DNA from: an uncultured bacterium
GTDB taxonomy: Bacteria > Patescibacteriota > Minisyncoccia > UBA6257 > 2-01-FULL-56-20
Length of the DNA stretch: 64,000 nt
Direction of reading: 5' to 3'
Assembly: GCA_963718575.1 (NCBI GenBank)
Contig: OY970358.1
Location: forward strand, 450,172 to 514,171
The position numbers were made by a program, and so were the translations under genes. Shown here piece after piece: positions 1 through 10,859 of this stretch. The first letter of the stretch is position 1, and each line of letters begins with the position of its first letter. The notes beneath the pieces are model-generated. The model searched no databases, was not told where the DNA came from, and saw only the letters and a program-made list of their open reading frames with translations.

Positions 1-400
1 ACTCTCCCAAATATTTCGAATGTCCATATATATTTGGCGGATTGGGAATATCGCTCTCGGTGTATGCTCCTTTTTTCTCGCCATCAAAAACTCCTGCGGT
101 TGAAACATAGATAAAACGGGCGCCACCCTCCCGGGCCGCAAGTGCGAGATTGTATGTTCCCACCGCGTTGGCCATATAAGCATACGCAGGATCCGCCTCG
201 CACTTACCCATGTCCGTGGCCGCAGCAAGGTGTAAAATCGCCCGGGGCTGAACTTCCTTAAAAACCTTGCGTACAGCTGCTAAATCAGTAATATCGAGCG
301 AATGATGGTCCTTTTTTATCCCAAAATCGGCGTATCCGGCCAACGCTCCACCGGCTCCGGTAATAAGCGTATTTTCCAATATATCATCAGCCATAGCCAT
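1..400 (-). CDS. rfbD: dTDP-4-dehydrorhamnose reductase (3' end runs off window)
   Basis: Manual translation of - strand: MAMADDILENTLITGAGGALAG...LDITD...ILHLAAATD...FIYVSTAGVFDGEKKGAYTESDIPNPPNIYGHSKYLGE; RmlD motifs; next to rfbA/rfbB. Confidence 0.85.
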   Translation of the reverse strand, partial: MAMADDILENTLITGAGGALAGYADFGIKKDHHSLDITDLAAVRKVFKEVQPRAILHLAAATDMGKCEADPAYAYMANAVGTYNLALAAREGGARFIYVSTAGVFDGEKKGAYTESDIPNPPNIYGHSKYLGE

Positions 401-458
401 GATAATACCCCATTTTACAGTTCTTGTTAAAAGCCCTATCATAAGAAGACTTGAGATT

Positions 459-1233
459 ATGGAAGAGTCATTCATCGGAAAATCGGCGCGCATTATACAA
501 CAACAAGGGGTGGGGGTGTTTATAAAGAAAGGGTGGCACGCCTTTTTGCGCCAGCTCGAACCGTTCCGCATCGTTTTCTATCCTTATGCGCGGTGGGACC
601 TCCCCCGACAGACTGAAAAGTCCTATACCGCAGAGACTGCAATTGATTTTGTAAATAAAAAATATGGGGGCTATATAAGGCCTTCTCAGGTTAGGTGGGA
701 GATTGTCAGCCTTGCAAAACTCGTGGAAGATATGCACCCGAAAAATATCCTCGAGATCGGCACATCAAGGGGCGGCACATTATTCGTTCTGGTCGCGCCT
801 CGCCGCAAAAGATGCACACATCATAAGCATCGATATGCCGGGGGGCGAGAATAATTGGGCGTTCCCGCGTTGGAAAGAACCTTTCTATAAAACCTTTGCA
901 TCAAAAGGGCAACATATTGACTTCCTCCGTGGTGATTCCCATGGCGAAGAGATGGTGATCCTGTTTAAAACGGCGATCGGTGACGAAAAGCTAGATTTTC
1001 TTTTTATTGATGGCGATCATTCCTATGAGGGGGTCAGGAACGATTATGTAATGTATTCACCATTTGTGCGGCCGGGCGGAATTATCGCTTTTCATGACGT
1101 GGCACTCCACCCCCCAGTCACCGGATCTGAGGTCCATGTTTTTTGGAATGAATTAAAACAGGGGAAAACCTATCGGGAATTCATCGAGCGTGGGGATCAG
1201 GGATGGGGTGGCATCGGGATAATTTTTGTTTAA
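459..1233 (+). pseudogene. Class I SAM-dependent methyltransferase (Methyltransf_24-like), split by +1 frameshift near 787-789
   Basis: ORF 399..854 gives ILEIGTSRGGTLF; ORF 703..1233 continues WSRLAA...DFLFIDGDHSYEGV..PGGIIAFHD; removing one base at gttctgg joins them. Confidence 0.75.
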
Positions 1234-1305
1234 AGGGATTGACATAAACGGTTCGAGATAGTATGTTCTATTCAGTGACCTCCCGCCAAGCGGGAAGGAG
1301 GATCT

Positions 1306-1536
1306 ATGGAGAGAAATATTGTTGATCTCGCTGTAGTGAGGGAATGGTTTACATCCGCGAAGGCAGGCGACAGTCAGGAATTCCATTTCAACGAAGAAAT
1401 TTCCCAGGAAGTGGCATCCAAATTCGCTCTCGCCATCAACACTGAGGGAGCCCCCAGGAATATTTGGATCACGGTCATAGAAACTTTCCCCAAGCCAAAC
1501 CCCAGAACAAGACTCCAGGCAAGATGTTCTCATTAA
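1306..1536 (+). CDS. Small hypothetical protein
   Basis: 76 aa ORF, strong SD aaggagg and TTGACA..TATGTT promoter upstream (1239-1267). Confidence 0.55.
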   Translation: MERNIVDLAVVREWFTSAKAGDSQEFHFNEEISQEVASKFALAINTEGAPRNIWITVIETFPKPNPRTRLQARCSH

Positions 1537-1592
1537 CACTGCCGAAATATCAATAAAGCGCTGAGCCTCCCCATCCCGAGATCCAGCGCTTT

Positions 1593-2321
1593 TTATTTAT
1601 TTTGCCCACGCTTTTCCGCCGCCCATCCTGCGGTTCTATATAAGGAATCGAATGTCCCAGCATCCGACCAATACCCCCCCACCTCGTCGTAATATAATTT
1701 ATTCTCCTGAATATACATATTGTGTACGTCGGTGATTTCAAGCTCATTCCTTGACGAAGGCGCCAATCTTCCGATTTTCTCGAACACCGTCGAATCGTAA
1801 ATATAAAAACCGACGGTCGCAAGATCCGATTTTGGCTCCTTGGGCTTCTCGATAATATTCTTTATCTTTCCGTTCAATACTTCGGCGACGCCAAAACGCC
1901 ACGGATCAGGAACCTTCTTTAGAAAGACCATTGCACCGCCGGTAGTATTGGCTTCAAACCCCGAAATACTCCCTGAAAAATCGTTCTCAAAGATATTGTC
2001 GCCGAGGATTACCGCAACCTTATCGCCGTTCACAAACTCTTTTGCAAGGTTCAGCGCATCGGCGATGCCACCGGATCCGTGCTGTAGGGCGTATGAAAGT
2101 TTTACTCCATACTCCTTTCCTGAACCCAAAAAATTCATAAAGTGTCCCCCGTGCTCCTTCCCGCATACGATCATAATCTGATCGATCCCCGAGCGCTTCA
2201 GGGTATCGAGCGGATATAAGATCATCGGCTTATCATATATGGGTAAAAGGTGCTTATTCGTAATGAGCGTAAGCGGTGCCAAACGCGTACCCAACCCCCC
2301 AGCCAAAATTACACCTTTCAT
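1593..2321 (-). CDS. rfbA: Glucose-1-phosphate thymidylyltransferase
   Basis: GVILAGGLGTRL..NKHLLPIYDKPMI, LGDNIF, EKP, RNELEITD. Confidence 0.9.
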   Translation of the reverse strand: MKGVILAGGLGTRLAPLTLITNKHLLPIYDKPMILYPLDTLKRSGIDQIMIVCGKEHGGHFMNFLGSGKEYGVKLSYALQHGSGGIADALNLAKEFVNGDKVAVILGDNIFENDFSGSISGFEANTTGGAMVFLKKVPDPWRFGVAEVLNGKIKNIIEKPKEPKSDLATVGFYIYDSTVFEKIGRLAPSSRNELEITDVHNMYIQENKLYYDEVGGYWSDAGTFDSLYRTAGWAAEKRGQNK

Positions 2322-2327
2322 AAGAAT

Positions 2328-3362
2328 CTATTTTATCTTGTGCCCCTTCCAAAGGTCAATATGCGGATTGAAAACGCCGGTTCTCTCCCTCACCCGCTTG
2401 ATCCATCGTGGATTTTTCACGTACCAGGTGATCGTTTCGTCGAGAGCGGAAATAAAAGAATATTTCGGACGCCATCCCAGTTCCCGCCGTATCTTCGACG
2501 CATCGATGGCATAGCGAAGATCATGGCCTGGACGGTCCGCCACGAAAACGATCCTGCTCCCACTCTCTTTGAATCGGGCGATGATCCGTTCTGCAATCTC
2601 GAGGTTGGTTCTCTCGTTATCGGCGCCGATATTATAAACCTCGCCGGGTTTTCCTTTGAGCAATATAAGTCGCAACGCTTCGCAATGATCGAGAACATGC
2701 AACCAATCGCGGACATTCCTGCCATTCCCGTAGAGCGGTAATGGTTTTCCCTCAATGGCCTGCGTGATAAAAAACGGGATTAACTTTTCCGGATACTGGT
2801 ATGGACCGTAATTATTTGAGGCGTGCGTGACGGTGACGGGAACCTTGAAGGTCTGAAAATAGGCGCGGCACAACATATCCCCTCCCGCTTTGGTCGCCGA
2901 ATACGGGATGTTTGGAGCGAACGGGGTCTCCTCGGTAAACAACTTTTTTGATGTTAACGGAAGGCTTCCATAGACCTCATCAGTTGATACCTGTAGATAG
3001 TTTTTAATATAGGAATTCGCCTTTACGAGTTCCAAAAAATTAAAAACACCCATGACATTCGTATCGATAAACTCCTTAGCTCCGACATGGATACTCCTAT
3101 CAACGTGCGTTTCCGCGGCAAAATTAATGATAAAATCTGGCTTGAACTTATTTACCGTGAGCGTGAGCTTTTTGTTATTGGTAATATCCCCCCGAACAAA
3201 AAGGTAATTTTTTTTCTTTTCGAGGCCGCGAAGATTATCCAAGTTTCCCGAATAGGTCAATTTGTCATAATTCAGGATCTTTATCTTCGGATCAGCCAGA
3301 AGAAGATGCCTGATAAAGTTCGACCCGATGAAACCTGCCCCGCCTGCGACGAATATTTTCAT
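2328..3362 (-). CDS. rfbB: dTDP-glucose 4,6-dehydratase
   Basis: GGAGFIGSNF, DKLTYSG, FAAETHVDRSI, STDEVYG, YSATK, NNYGPYQ, DRPGHD. Confidence 0.95.
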   Translation of the reverse strand: MKIFVAGGAGFIGSNFIRHLLLADPKIKILNYDKLTYSGNLDNLRGLEKKKNYLFVRGDITNNKKLTLTVNKFKPDFIINFAAETHVDRSIHVGAKEFIDTNVMGVFNFLELVKANSYIKNYLQVSTDEVYGSLPLTSKKLFTEETPFAPNIPYSATKAGGDMLCRAYFQTFKVPVTVTHASNNYGPYQYPEKLIPFFITQAIEGKPLPLYGNGRNVRDWLHVLDHCEALRLILLKGKPGEVYNIGADNERTNLEIAERIIARFKESGSRIVFVADRPGHDLRYAIDASKIRRELGWRPKYSFISALDETITWYVKNPRWIKRVRERTGVFNPHIDLWKGHKIK

Positions 3363-3403
3363 ACCATGTGAGTATAGCGCACTTACAGAAGTAGTGGAAT
3401 AGC

Positions 3404-4300
3404 TTATATCCGCTTCCACCCGGAGGGAATTATATCATCCTCGCCCGGGCGTCCTCCCATATGCCATATTGCCGGGGCGATCACAATTTTTTCGGGATTC
3501 CGGTTAAGCCATGCTCCCCACCACGAAAAAGTGCTATTTGCGATGATATTATGCTTACAGAGCGACATAAGCTGTAGGTGGTAATTTGCTTTCGGCCCTT
3601 CCGAGTTGCGTTCCATATATTCTGTTGAAAATGCAGGTTTGATATGTTCCTTACACCACGCAATATCATCAGAAAATATGTAGAATTTCGGATCCTTTAC
3701 CTTGTCAGCAATGTTCTTGATTGCGGTTTCATAATAAGAAAGATTGGTCTTTCCGTAGGTCTTTTTATATTTTGCTGTTATGTAATCTGCTCGACGGACG
3801 TGAAGTGCGATGGCGTTGCTGTTTTTTATATCCTCCGCGATTGCGGCAGCCTCTCCTTTAAGCGGATATCTGAAGCGAAATGCCTGAAGCAGCTCATCCT
3901 TTATCCCCTCAAAATATTTCGGCGTCTGCCAAAACCCCCAAAGAAAAAGTTCTTTCTTGCCGCTTACCACTTCGGGATTAAAAATAAAATTTCTCTTTTC
4001 TCTTAGAACCTTCCGTCCGCCAAGCGCACCTCTTAATGTCGCGATAGTAAGATCTATACCAAGCCACACTCCCGGTATAGGAAGGGATTTGGAGATCCTC
4101 GAGAGGGGGGTCATGGCAGGTTGAAGGCAAAAGATATCCAAGTCGTAGGTGCGCGGACTAAAGGCGGGACGCGGAAAACGATCATTCAGATATACAGTAT
4201 CCAAGACCAGCGCCACACCGCCTGCGCGAGCGGCTGCCAGTCCCGCCGCATACTGAAACATCTGATTACCCAATCCGCCACGCAAAGCCACAACAACCAT
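3404..4300 (-). CDS. Alpha-1,2-fucosyltransferase (GT11)
   Basis: GGLGNQMFQYA, HVRRADY, FSDD, NSTFSWWGAWL. Confidence 0.9.
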   Translation of the reverse strand: MVVVALRGGLGNQMFQYAAGLAAARAGGVALVLDTVYLNDRFPRPAFSPRTYDLDIFCLQPAMTPLSRISKSLPIPGVWLGIDLTIATLRGALGGRKVLREKRNFIFNPEVVSGKKELFLWGFWQTPKYFEGIKDELLQAFRFRYPLKGEAAAIAEDIKNSNAIALHVRRADYITAKYKKTYGKTNLSYYETAIKNIADKVKDPKFYIFSDDIAWCKEHIKPAFSTEYMERNSEGPKANYHLQLMSLCKHNIIANSTFSWWGAWLNRNPEKIVIAPAIWHMGGRPGEDDIIPSGWKRI

Positions 4301-4302
4301 TG

Positions 4303-6235
<1,933 letters not shown>

Positions 6236-6271
6236 ATTATCACTTACTGTGTGCTGTCCCCTCGGCACCTC

Positions 6272-6913
6272 TTACTTTTTCGCCGCCGTGCTTGAAGCCA
6301 AGTACATCGCCATGGCCTGCTGGATGGTCGTATCCGTCGGCCAATTCCTCAAAATAGTAGTGCCGACTGCGATCGTATCCGTCGTATCACCCTCGGCGCG
6401 ATAGACATCAAAGAGACCGTAGAGCGATTGCGGGCGGTTGGGGCCGAGCGCGACGCCTTCCTGATACCAATGCTGCGCGGCCGCCAAGTACGTCGGATCA
6501 CCGGTGCCGGCAAACGCGATCTCGTTGATCGCTCCCTCAAGATACAGATCCTGACCAAAGCTCATACCCTTTCCCTGGTTGAGAATCGGATCGTAGTAGC
6601 TATTCAAGAAACCAATGAGCGCGGCAGTGGAGCTCGGATTGCCTCCCTGTTGCACGAACGAGAGCACGCTGTTTGCCATATTACGCACGAGCTCCTCCTG
6701 CCCGATCGGCGAAGGATAGTTGAGCGGCACCGAAAGCTTATTCTCAAGATCCTGCAACGACGTCGCCTGACCCTGCGGAGTCTGGAGGCCCTGCAAGGTT
6801 GCGATGAACATCTGCGCTTTTCGCATCGGCAGGTACGAACCGTAAATGGCGATGCCGAAGATAGCCGCTACGATGATAATTGCTATAACTCTCTGATACG
6901 TTCGATCTTCCAT
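6272..6913 (-). CDS. Membrane-anchored TPR-like protein
   Basis: N-terminal TM, helical TPR-like C-terminus; follows O-antigen ligase (these parts are often fused in related genomes - inference). Confidence 0.6.
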   Translation of the reverse strand: MEDRTYQRVIAIIIVAAIFGIAIYGSYLPMRKAQMFIATLQGLQTPQGQATSLQDLENKLSVPLNYPSPIGQEELVRNMANSVLSFVQQGGNPSSTAALIGFLNSYYDPILNQGKGMSFGQDLYLEGAINEIAFAGTGDPTYLAAAQHWYQEGVALGPNRPQSLYGLFDVYRAEGDTTDTIAVGTTILRNWPTDTTIQQAMAMYLASSTAAKK

Positions 6914-6924
6914 GGGTGTAATGG

Positions 6925-8376
6925 TTATGCTTGAGCTTTTTTATGTACGGAGAAATAGTACGCCGCGAACGCGAGGAAGCTGAACAGGCTTATATACATC
7001 GGGAACACGTCGAAGATCGCAACCCCTTGCACAAGGTAGGCGATAGGAACGGCCAGGATGAGCCCTTTTTGTAATTGGGAAGTCGCGTGCTTGTTCGCTT
7101 TCTTGAAAAACTCCCAATAGAACATAAAGAATATTCCGAGATAGCTAAGAAGTCCGAGCGCGCCCGTCTCTGAAAGATAATCAAAGAACACGCTATGCGC
7201 CCGATCGAACCAGGTTTCGTTGTTTTGCCCAGGAACATAAAAGTTGGGATTAAAGAATTTGTCGAATACTGGCGTAAAGTTTTCCGGACCCCAGCCGAGC
7301 ACCGGCCGTTCCAAAAATCCTTGCCATGCTTCTCCCCAGACCCAGAAACGGGTTTGCGCCGTTGTATCTGAAAAACTGATCTGAAGCAATCTTCCTTCTG
7401 GAAGGTTTTGTACCGTGGGACTATTCCTGACCGCGTAGAGGCTAAGCCCGAGAACAACCAAAATGCCAAGAGTAATCGCACCCCATTTCCGTACGGAACC
7501 CCTACTAGAGAAGATCATGTACAAAACCAATACAAACACTCCTGCAATGAGCCCCAAGAATGCGCCGCGCGTCTGGCCAAGAATAAAGAAAACGAACAAT
7601 ACTGCAAGAAAAACACCATACCCCCATGACTTCAGTGCAGTAAGCTTGCTTTCGAGCTTGCTTGAAAGCCAAAGATACGCGACAAAGAACATTGAGAATA
7701 TGAGATAAGGATCTACATACGCAGGATTTCCGAGAGACCCCTCGAAGCGTCCTTGGATGAGGATATTCCACCAGCCGGTCGGGGCAGCGCTGCCCGCGTA
7801 CGGGCCAATGAAGCCCGGCACGGAATAATTCCCAGCAAGGCCGTAAAGAATCATACCCGCCGCCGAGATCAGCGAGAACCGGAAGAGATTCTTCCAATCC
7901 TTCTCATCATTAAAAATCAGCACGAGGAGCAGGAAAAATAAATAGTAGTGAAGCATCTGGAAACCGCCTTCGCCGCGCTCATAGTTTGACCAGAATGCCG
8001 CGTGAAAATCGTAGGCAAATATGCACGCAAGCTCAAATATCGCCGCAAACACGCTCACTGCGATCACGAGTGGCTTATGGAAAAGCGAAGAAATACGCTT
8101 CTTCGCATCGCCTTTCTTCGCTTCGAACGCCCACCAAAGCACCATGCACGCGAGCGCAAGTTCGGTAGTAAACCTAAAGAAAAAATCCTTTCCTCCGATA
8201 AAAGGGAAAAAGATGGAGTTCATCACGATAAGAACGGAAAAAACAGAAATATAGAGATACCATTTGGCGATACGCTCGAACGAGAATTTCATCAGCTTGC
8301 CAATGACTCCTACGAGTAAAAGTCCTGCGATGACGGCTGCGCTAACGGGATGGCTAAAAATGGTATCGGTAATCAT
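6925..8376 (-). CDS. O-antigen ligase / O-oligosaccharyltransferase family (Wzy_C)
   Basis: Polytopic; GSLGNP, TRGAFLG, R..VW...GWGPENF, DRAHS.FFDYLSETG. Confidence 0.85.
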   Translation of the reverse strand: MITDTIFSHPVSAAVIAGLLLVGVIGKLMKFSFERIAKWYLYISVFSVLIVMNSIFFPFIGGKDFFFRFTTELALACMVLWWAFEAKKGDAKKRISSLFHKPLVIAVSVFAAIFELACIFAYDFHAAFWSNYERGEGGFQMLHYYLFFLLLVLIFNDEKDWKNLFRFSLISAAGMILYGLAGNYSVPGFIGPYAGSAAPTGWWNILIQGRFEGSLGNPAYVDPYLIFSMFFVAYLWLSSKLESKLTALKSWGYGVFLAVLFVFFILGQTRGAFLGLIAGVFVLVLYMIFSSRGSVRKWGAITLGILVVLGLSLYAVRNSPTVQNLPEGRLLQISFSDTTAQTRFWVWGEAWQGFLERPVLGWGPENFTPVFDKFFNPNFYVPGQNNETWFDRAHSVFFDYLSETGALGLLSYLGIFFMFYWEFFKKANKHATSQLQKGLILAVPIAYLVQGVAIFDVFPMYISLFSFLAFAAYYFSVHKKAQA

Positions 8377-8428
8377 ATGGGTTTTATTGTATCACAATCA
8401 GATTTTTTTGGTATGCGCATAGGGGCTA

Positions 8429-9925
8429 CTATCGGGCGTATTCCACCGCGCGCATCTCGCGGATCACATTTACTTTGATCTCACCAGGATATTTTAACTC
8501 TGATTGTATTTTATTTGCAATCTCCCGCGCAAGCTCAAGCGCGCGGAAGTCATCCACTTTTTCAGGGGTGACGAAGACGCGGAGTTCGCGGCCGGCGGCA
8601 ATCGCATAGGCGCTTTTTACGCCACTGAACTCGCCCGCGATTTTTTCAAGGTCGGCGAGGCGCTTTACGTAATTTTCAAGCGTACCGCGACGGGCGCCCG
8701 GGCGTGCCGCCGAGAGCACATCGGCGGCGGTCACCACATATGCTTCGGGCCGTGCGTACGGATAATCGTCGTGATGCGACTGCATTGCCTCGACGACCCG
8801 CTCATCTATATTATATTTGCGGAGCAGCTTCATGCCGAGCTCCACGTGCGTCCCCTCCACTTCGTGATCGATCGCTTTGCCGATGTCGTGAAGCAATGCA
8901 CCCTTCTTTGCCACTTCGGCGTTCAAGCCAAGCTCTCGCGCCATCATCTCGGCGATGTATGCCATCTCGGTCGAGTGCACCAGCACGTTCTGGCCGTAGC
9001 TCGTACGGAAGTGCAGGCGGCCGATCATCTGTAAAAGCTCCTTCGGAAGATCGAATACGCCAAGATCCTGCGCGGCGGCTTCGCCGATCTCCTGGGTGCG
9101 TTTCTGAAGGTCGGCCTTCGCCGTCTCCACGCTCTCTTCGATCTTCGCCGGCTGGATACGGCCGTCCTTCACGAGCCGTTCAAGCGCAAGGCGCGCCACT
9201 TCGCGGCGGAACGGGTCGAATGAGGAAATAATGATGCCGTCCGGTGCCTCGTCTATAATAAACTCCACGCCAGTGGCGCGCTCAAGCGCACGGATATTGC
9301 GACCCTCGCGGCCGATAATCTTGCCTTTCAACTCTTCGTCTTCCAAGTGAAAGATCGTCGTCGTCATTTCCGCAACATGCGAGCGCGCATAGCGTTGGAG
9401 TGCGATCGTGATGATGTCATTGGCCCGCTTCTCCACTTCTTCGCGATTCTCGCGATCGATCTTCTGGATCGATTGCGCAAGGTCATTTGAACGGTCCTCC
9501 TTTGCGCGGCGGAGGATCTCCTCTTTTGCCTCGGCGACAGAAAGGCTCCCTATCTTTTCAATGCGCGACTCGATTTCGTTCTCTTTTTTGGAAACCGTCT
9601 CTTCTTTTGCCTTTGCCGCGTCTTCGCGCGCGCGAAGCCTCGCCTCTTCTGAGGAAAGGTCGGTCAGTTTTTTATCCAGCGTCTCCTCGCGATGCAGCAC
9701 CCGCGCCTCAAGTGCATCGATCTCCTTGCGACGATCCTTCTCTTCGTTCTTTAACTCGACCAAAAGCGAGGCAGACTTCTCCTTTGCCTCTAAAATGATT
9801 TCTTTTGCTTTCGTCTCCGCTTCGGCGAGCTTATTTGCCCCCGAGTATCTGCGCGTGAGATATCCCACGGCTCCCCCGATCACCAAAAACACCACTGCGC
9901 TGAGCGCTATATAGGTTATTTCCAT
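8429..9925 (-). CDS. rny: Ribonuclease Y
   Basis: N-terminal TM, coiled coil, KH (GKIIGREGRNIR), HD (LLHDIGK), ARPGAR. Confidence 0.97.
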   Translation of the reverse strand: MEITYIALSAVVFLVIGGAVGYLTRRYSGANKLAEAETKAKEIILEAKEKSASLLVELKNEEKDRRKEIDALEARVLHREETLDKKLTDLSSEEARLRAREDAAKAKEETVSKKENEIESRIEKIGSLSVAEAKEEILRRAKEDRSNDLAQSIQKIDRENREEVEKRANDIITIALQRYARSHVAEMTTTIFHLEDEELKGKIIGREGRNIRALERATGVEFIIDEAPDGIIISSFDPFRREVARLALERLVKDGRIQPAKIEESVETAKADLQKRTQEIGEAAAQDLGVFDLPKELLQMIGRLHFRTSYGQNVLVHSTEMAYIAEMMARELGLNAEVAKKGALLHDIGKAIDHEVEGTHVELGMKLLRKYNIDERVVEAMQSHHDDYPYARPEAYVVTAADVLSAARPGARRGTLENYVKRLADLEKIAGEFSGVKSAYAIAAGRELRVFVTPEKVDDFRALELAREIANKIQSELKYPGEIKVNVIREMRAVEYAR

Positions 9926-10069
9926 AATAATTGTTAGTTCCCGAAAGTTTCATTGGTTGATTTAATGACTCTTTAATCGTCTTTATGATAGCGCAAAACA
10001 GGCGCTTTGGTCAAGGAAAAACGTGCGACGAGTTTAGATAGTTTTAATGCACTATTTTATAAACTCTCT

Positions 10070-10141
10070 GCGGGGGTGGCATAGTGCTGAATCTGGACTG
10101 ATAACCGAGATTCACGGGGCGCAAGTCTCCGCACCCCCGCA
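10070..10141 (+). ncRNA. 72-nt tRNA-shaped RNA of unknown class
   Basis: GCGGGGGTG/CACCCCCGC closing stem + A; mini D-like hairpin GCA-TAG-TGC; GAATCT/AGATTC arm carrying CTGATAA; T-like arm CGGGG-CGCAAGT-CTCCG; TATAAA 6 nt upstream. Confidence 0.5.
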
Positions 10142-10182
10142 TAAAAATGACAAATGGATATTAAATAAAGATTAAAAACTTT

Positions 10183-10210
10183 TTGACAGACTTTTCTGAA
10201 CTGTTATTAT
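10183..10210 (+). promoter_or_regulatory. Sigma70-type promoter for candidate sRNA
   Basis: TTGACA 10183-88, 16 nt spacer, TGn-TATTAT 10202-10. Confidence 0.6.
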
Positions 10211-10216
10211 AGTTAA

Positions 10217-10280
10217 GGTTGTCAGTCCAGATCATTCAGCGTTATGTTTGAATCGCAAAGAACCCGGCAACGGGTTTTTT
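10217..10280 (+). ncRNA. Candidate ~64-nt sRNA antisense to 10079-10106, ending in intrinsic terminator
   Basis: Own promoter; 28-bp complementarity to upstream RNA; AACCCG-GCAA-CGGGTT+T tract. Confidence 0.5.
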
Positions 10281-10301
10281 GTTTTCTGGACGAGACTCGA
10301 A

Positions 10302-10619
10302 CTACTTTAGCTCTTCGTGATGAGATTTAGACTTTATGAAGTCAATCGTCATAAACCATACGAAGCCAACAATATTGAAAAGCGCGATAAATACGGCCAC
10401 ATCAAAAATTAAAGTCAGGGAACCAGGAATACACGATGCCCTATATACGAGATCCGAACAGGGATATCCTGGCGTGCATGATGGACTTGCTTCGCAGTAT
10501 TGTAAGAATGAAGAATTAGCGACATACGGCAAACTTGCACCCCAATAACCTATTGCCCCAATGACTAAGAGAGCTCCTTCAACCCATAGAAAACGCTTCC
10601 ATGAATGCCATACTTTCAT
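10302..10619 (-). CDS. Small two-TM protein with Cys-rich loop
   Basis: 105 aa, low GC, four Cys between two TM segments. Confidence 0.6.
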   Translation of the reverse strand: MKVWHSWKRFLWVEGALLVIGAIGYWGASLPYVANSSFLQYCEASPSCTPGYPCSDLVYRASCIPGSLTLIFDVAVFIALFNIVGFVWFMTIDFIKSKSHHEELK

Positions 10620-10711
10620 AAGTAGACTATAACATAATTAATCTTGTGCTCAGGACAGAATTTGGATTGATAAAAAGATTCCTTGCCCTCGTTTTTTAAA
10701 GAATACCCGGA

Positions 10712-10834
10712 GTTTGGCATAGCCATGCATCGTTTTGAAAGGTGTCTCGGAAGCGCGAAGGCGCTGAGAGCCAAGGCAGCTGGTCAGCAGACCAGAACGC
10801 CGTCCTTTCAAAACGATGCATGGCTATGCCAAAC
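10712..10834. repeat. Y-shaped hairpin element copy 1 (31-bp perfect inverted arms)
   Basis: 10712-42 = revcomp of 10804-34; inner hairpins AGCGC-GAAG-GCGCT and CTGGTC-AGCA-GACCAG. Confidence 0.85.
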
Positions 10835-10859
10835 GCATCGTTTCATCTAAAATAAAGCA

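Noticed and set aside
10079-10247. 6S RNA (often syntenic with rny) or permuted tmRNA
   Set aside because: The interior 10107-10216 is not self-complementary and contains a promoter; no G3-U70 alanine determinant or tag ORF
10079-10280. CRISPR repeat/tracrRNA pair
   Set aside because: No repeat-spacer array and no cas gene in the window
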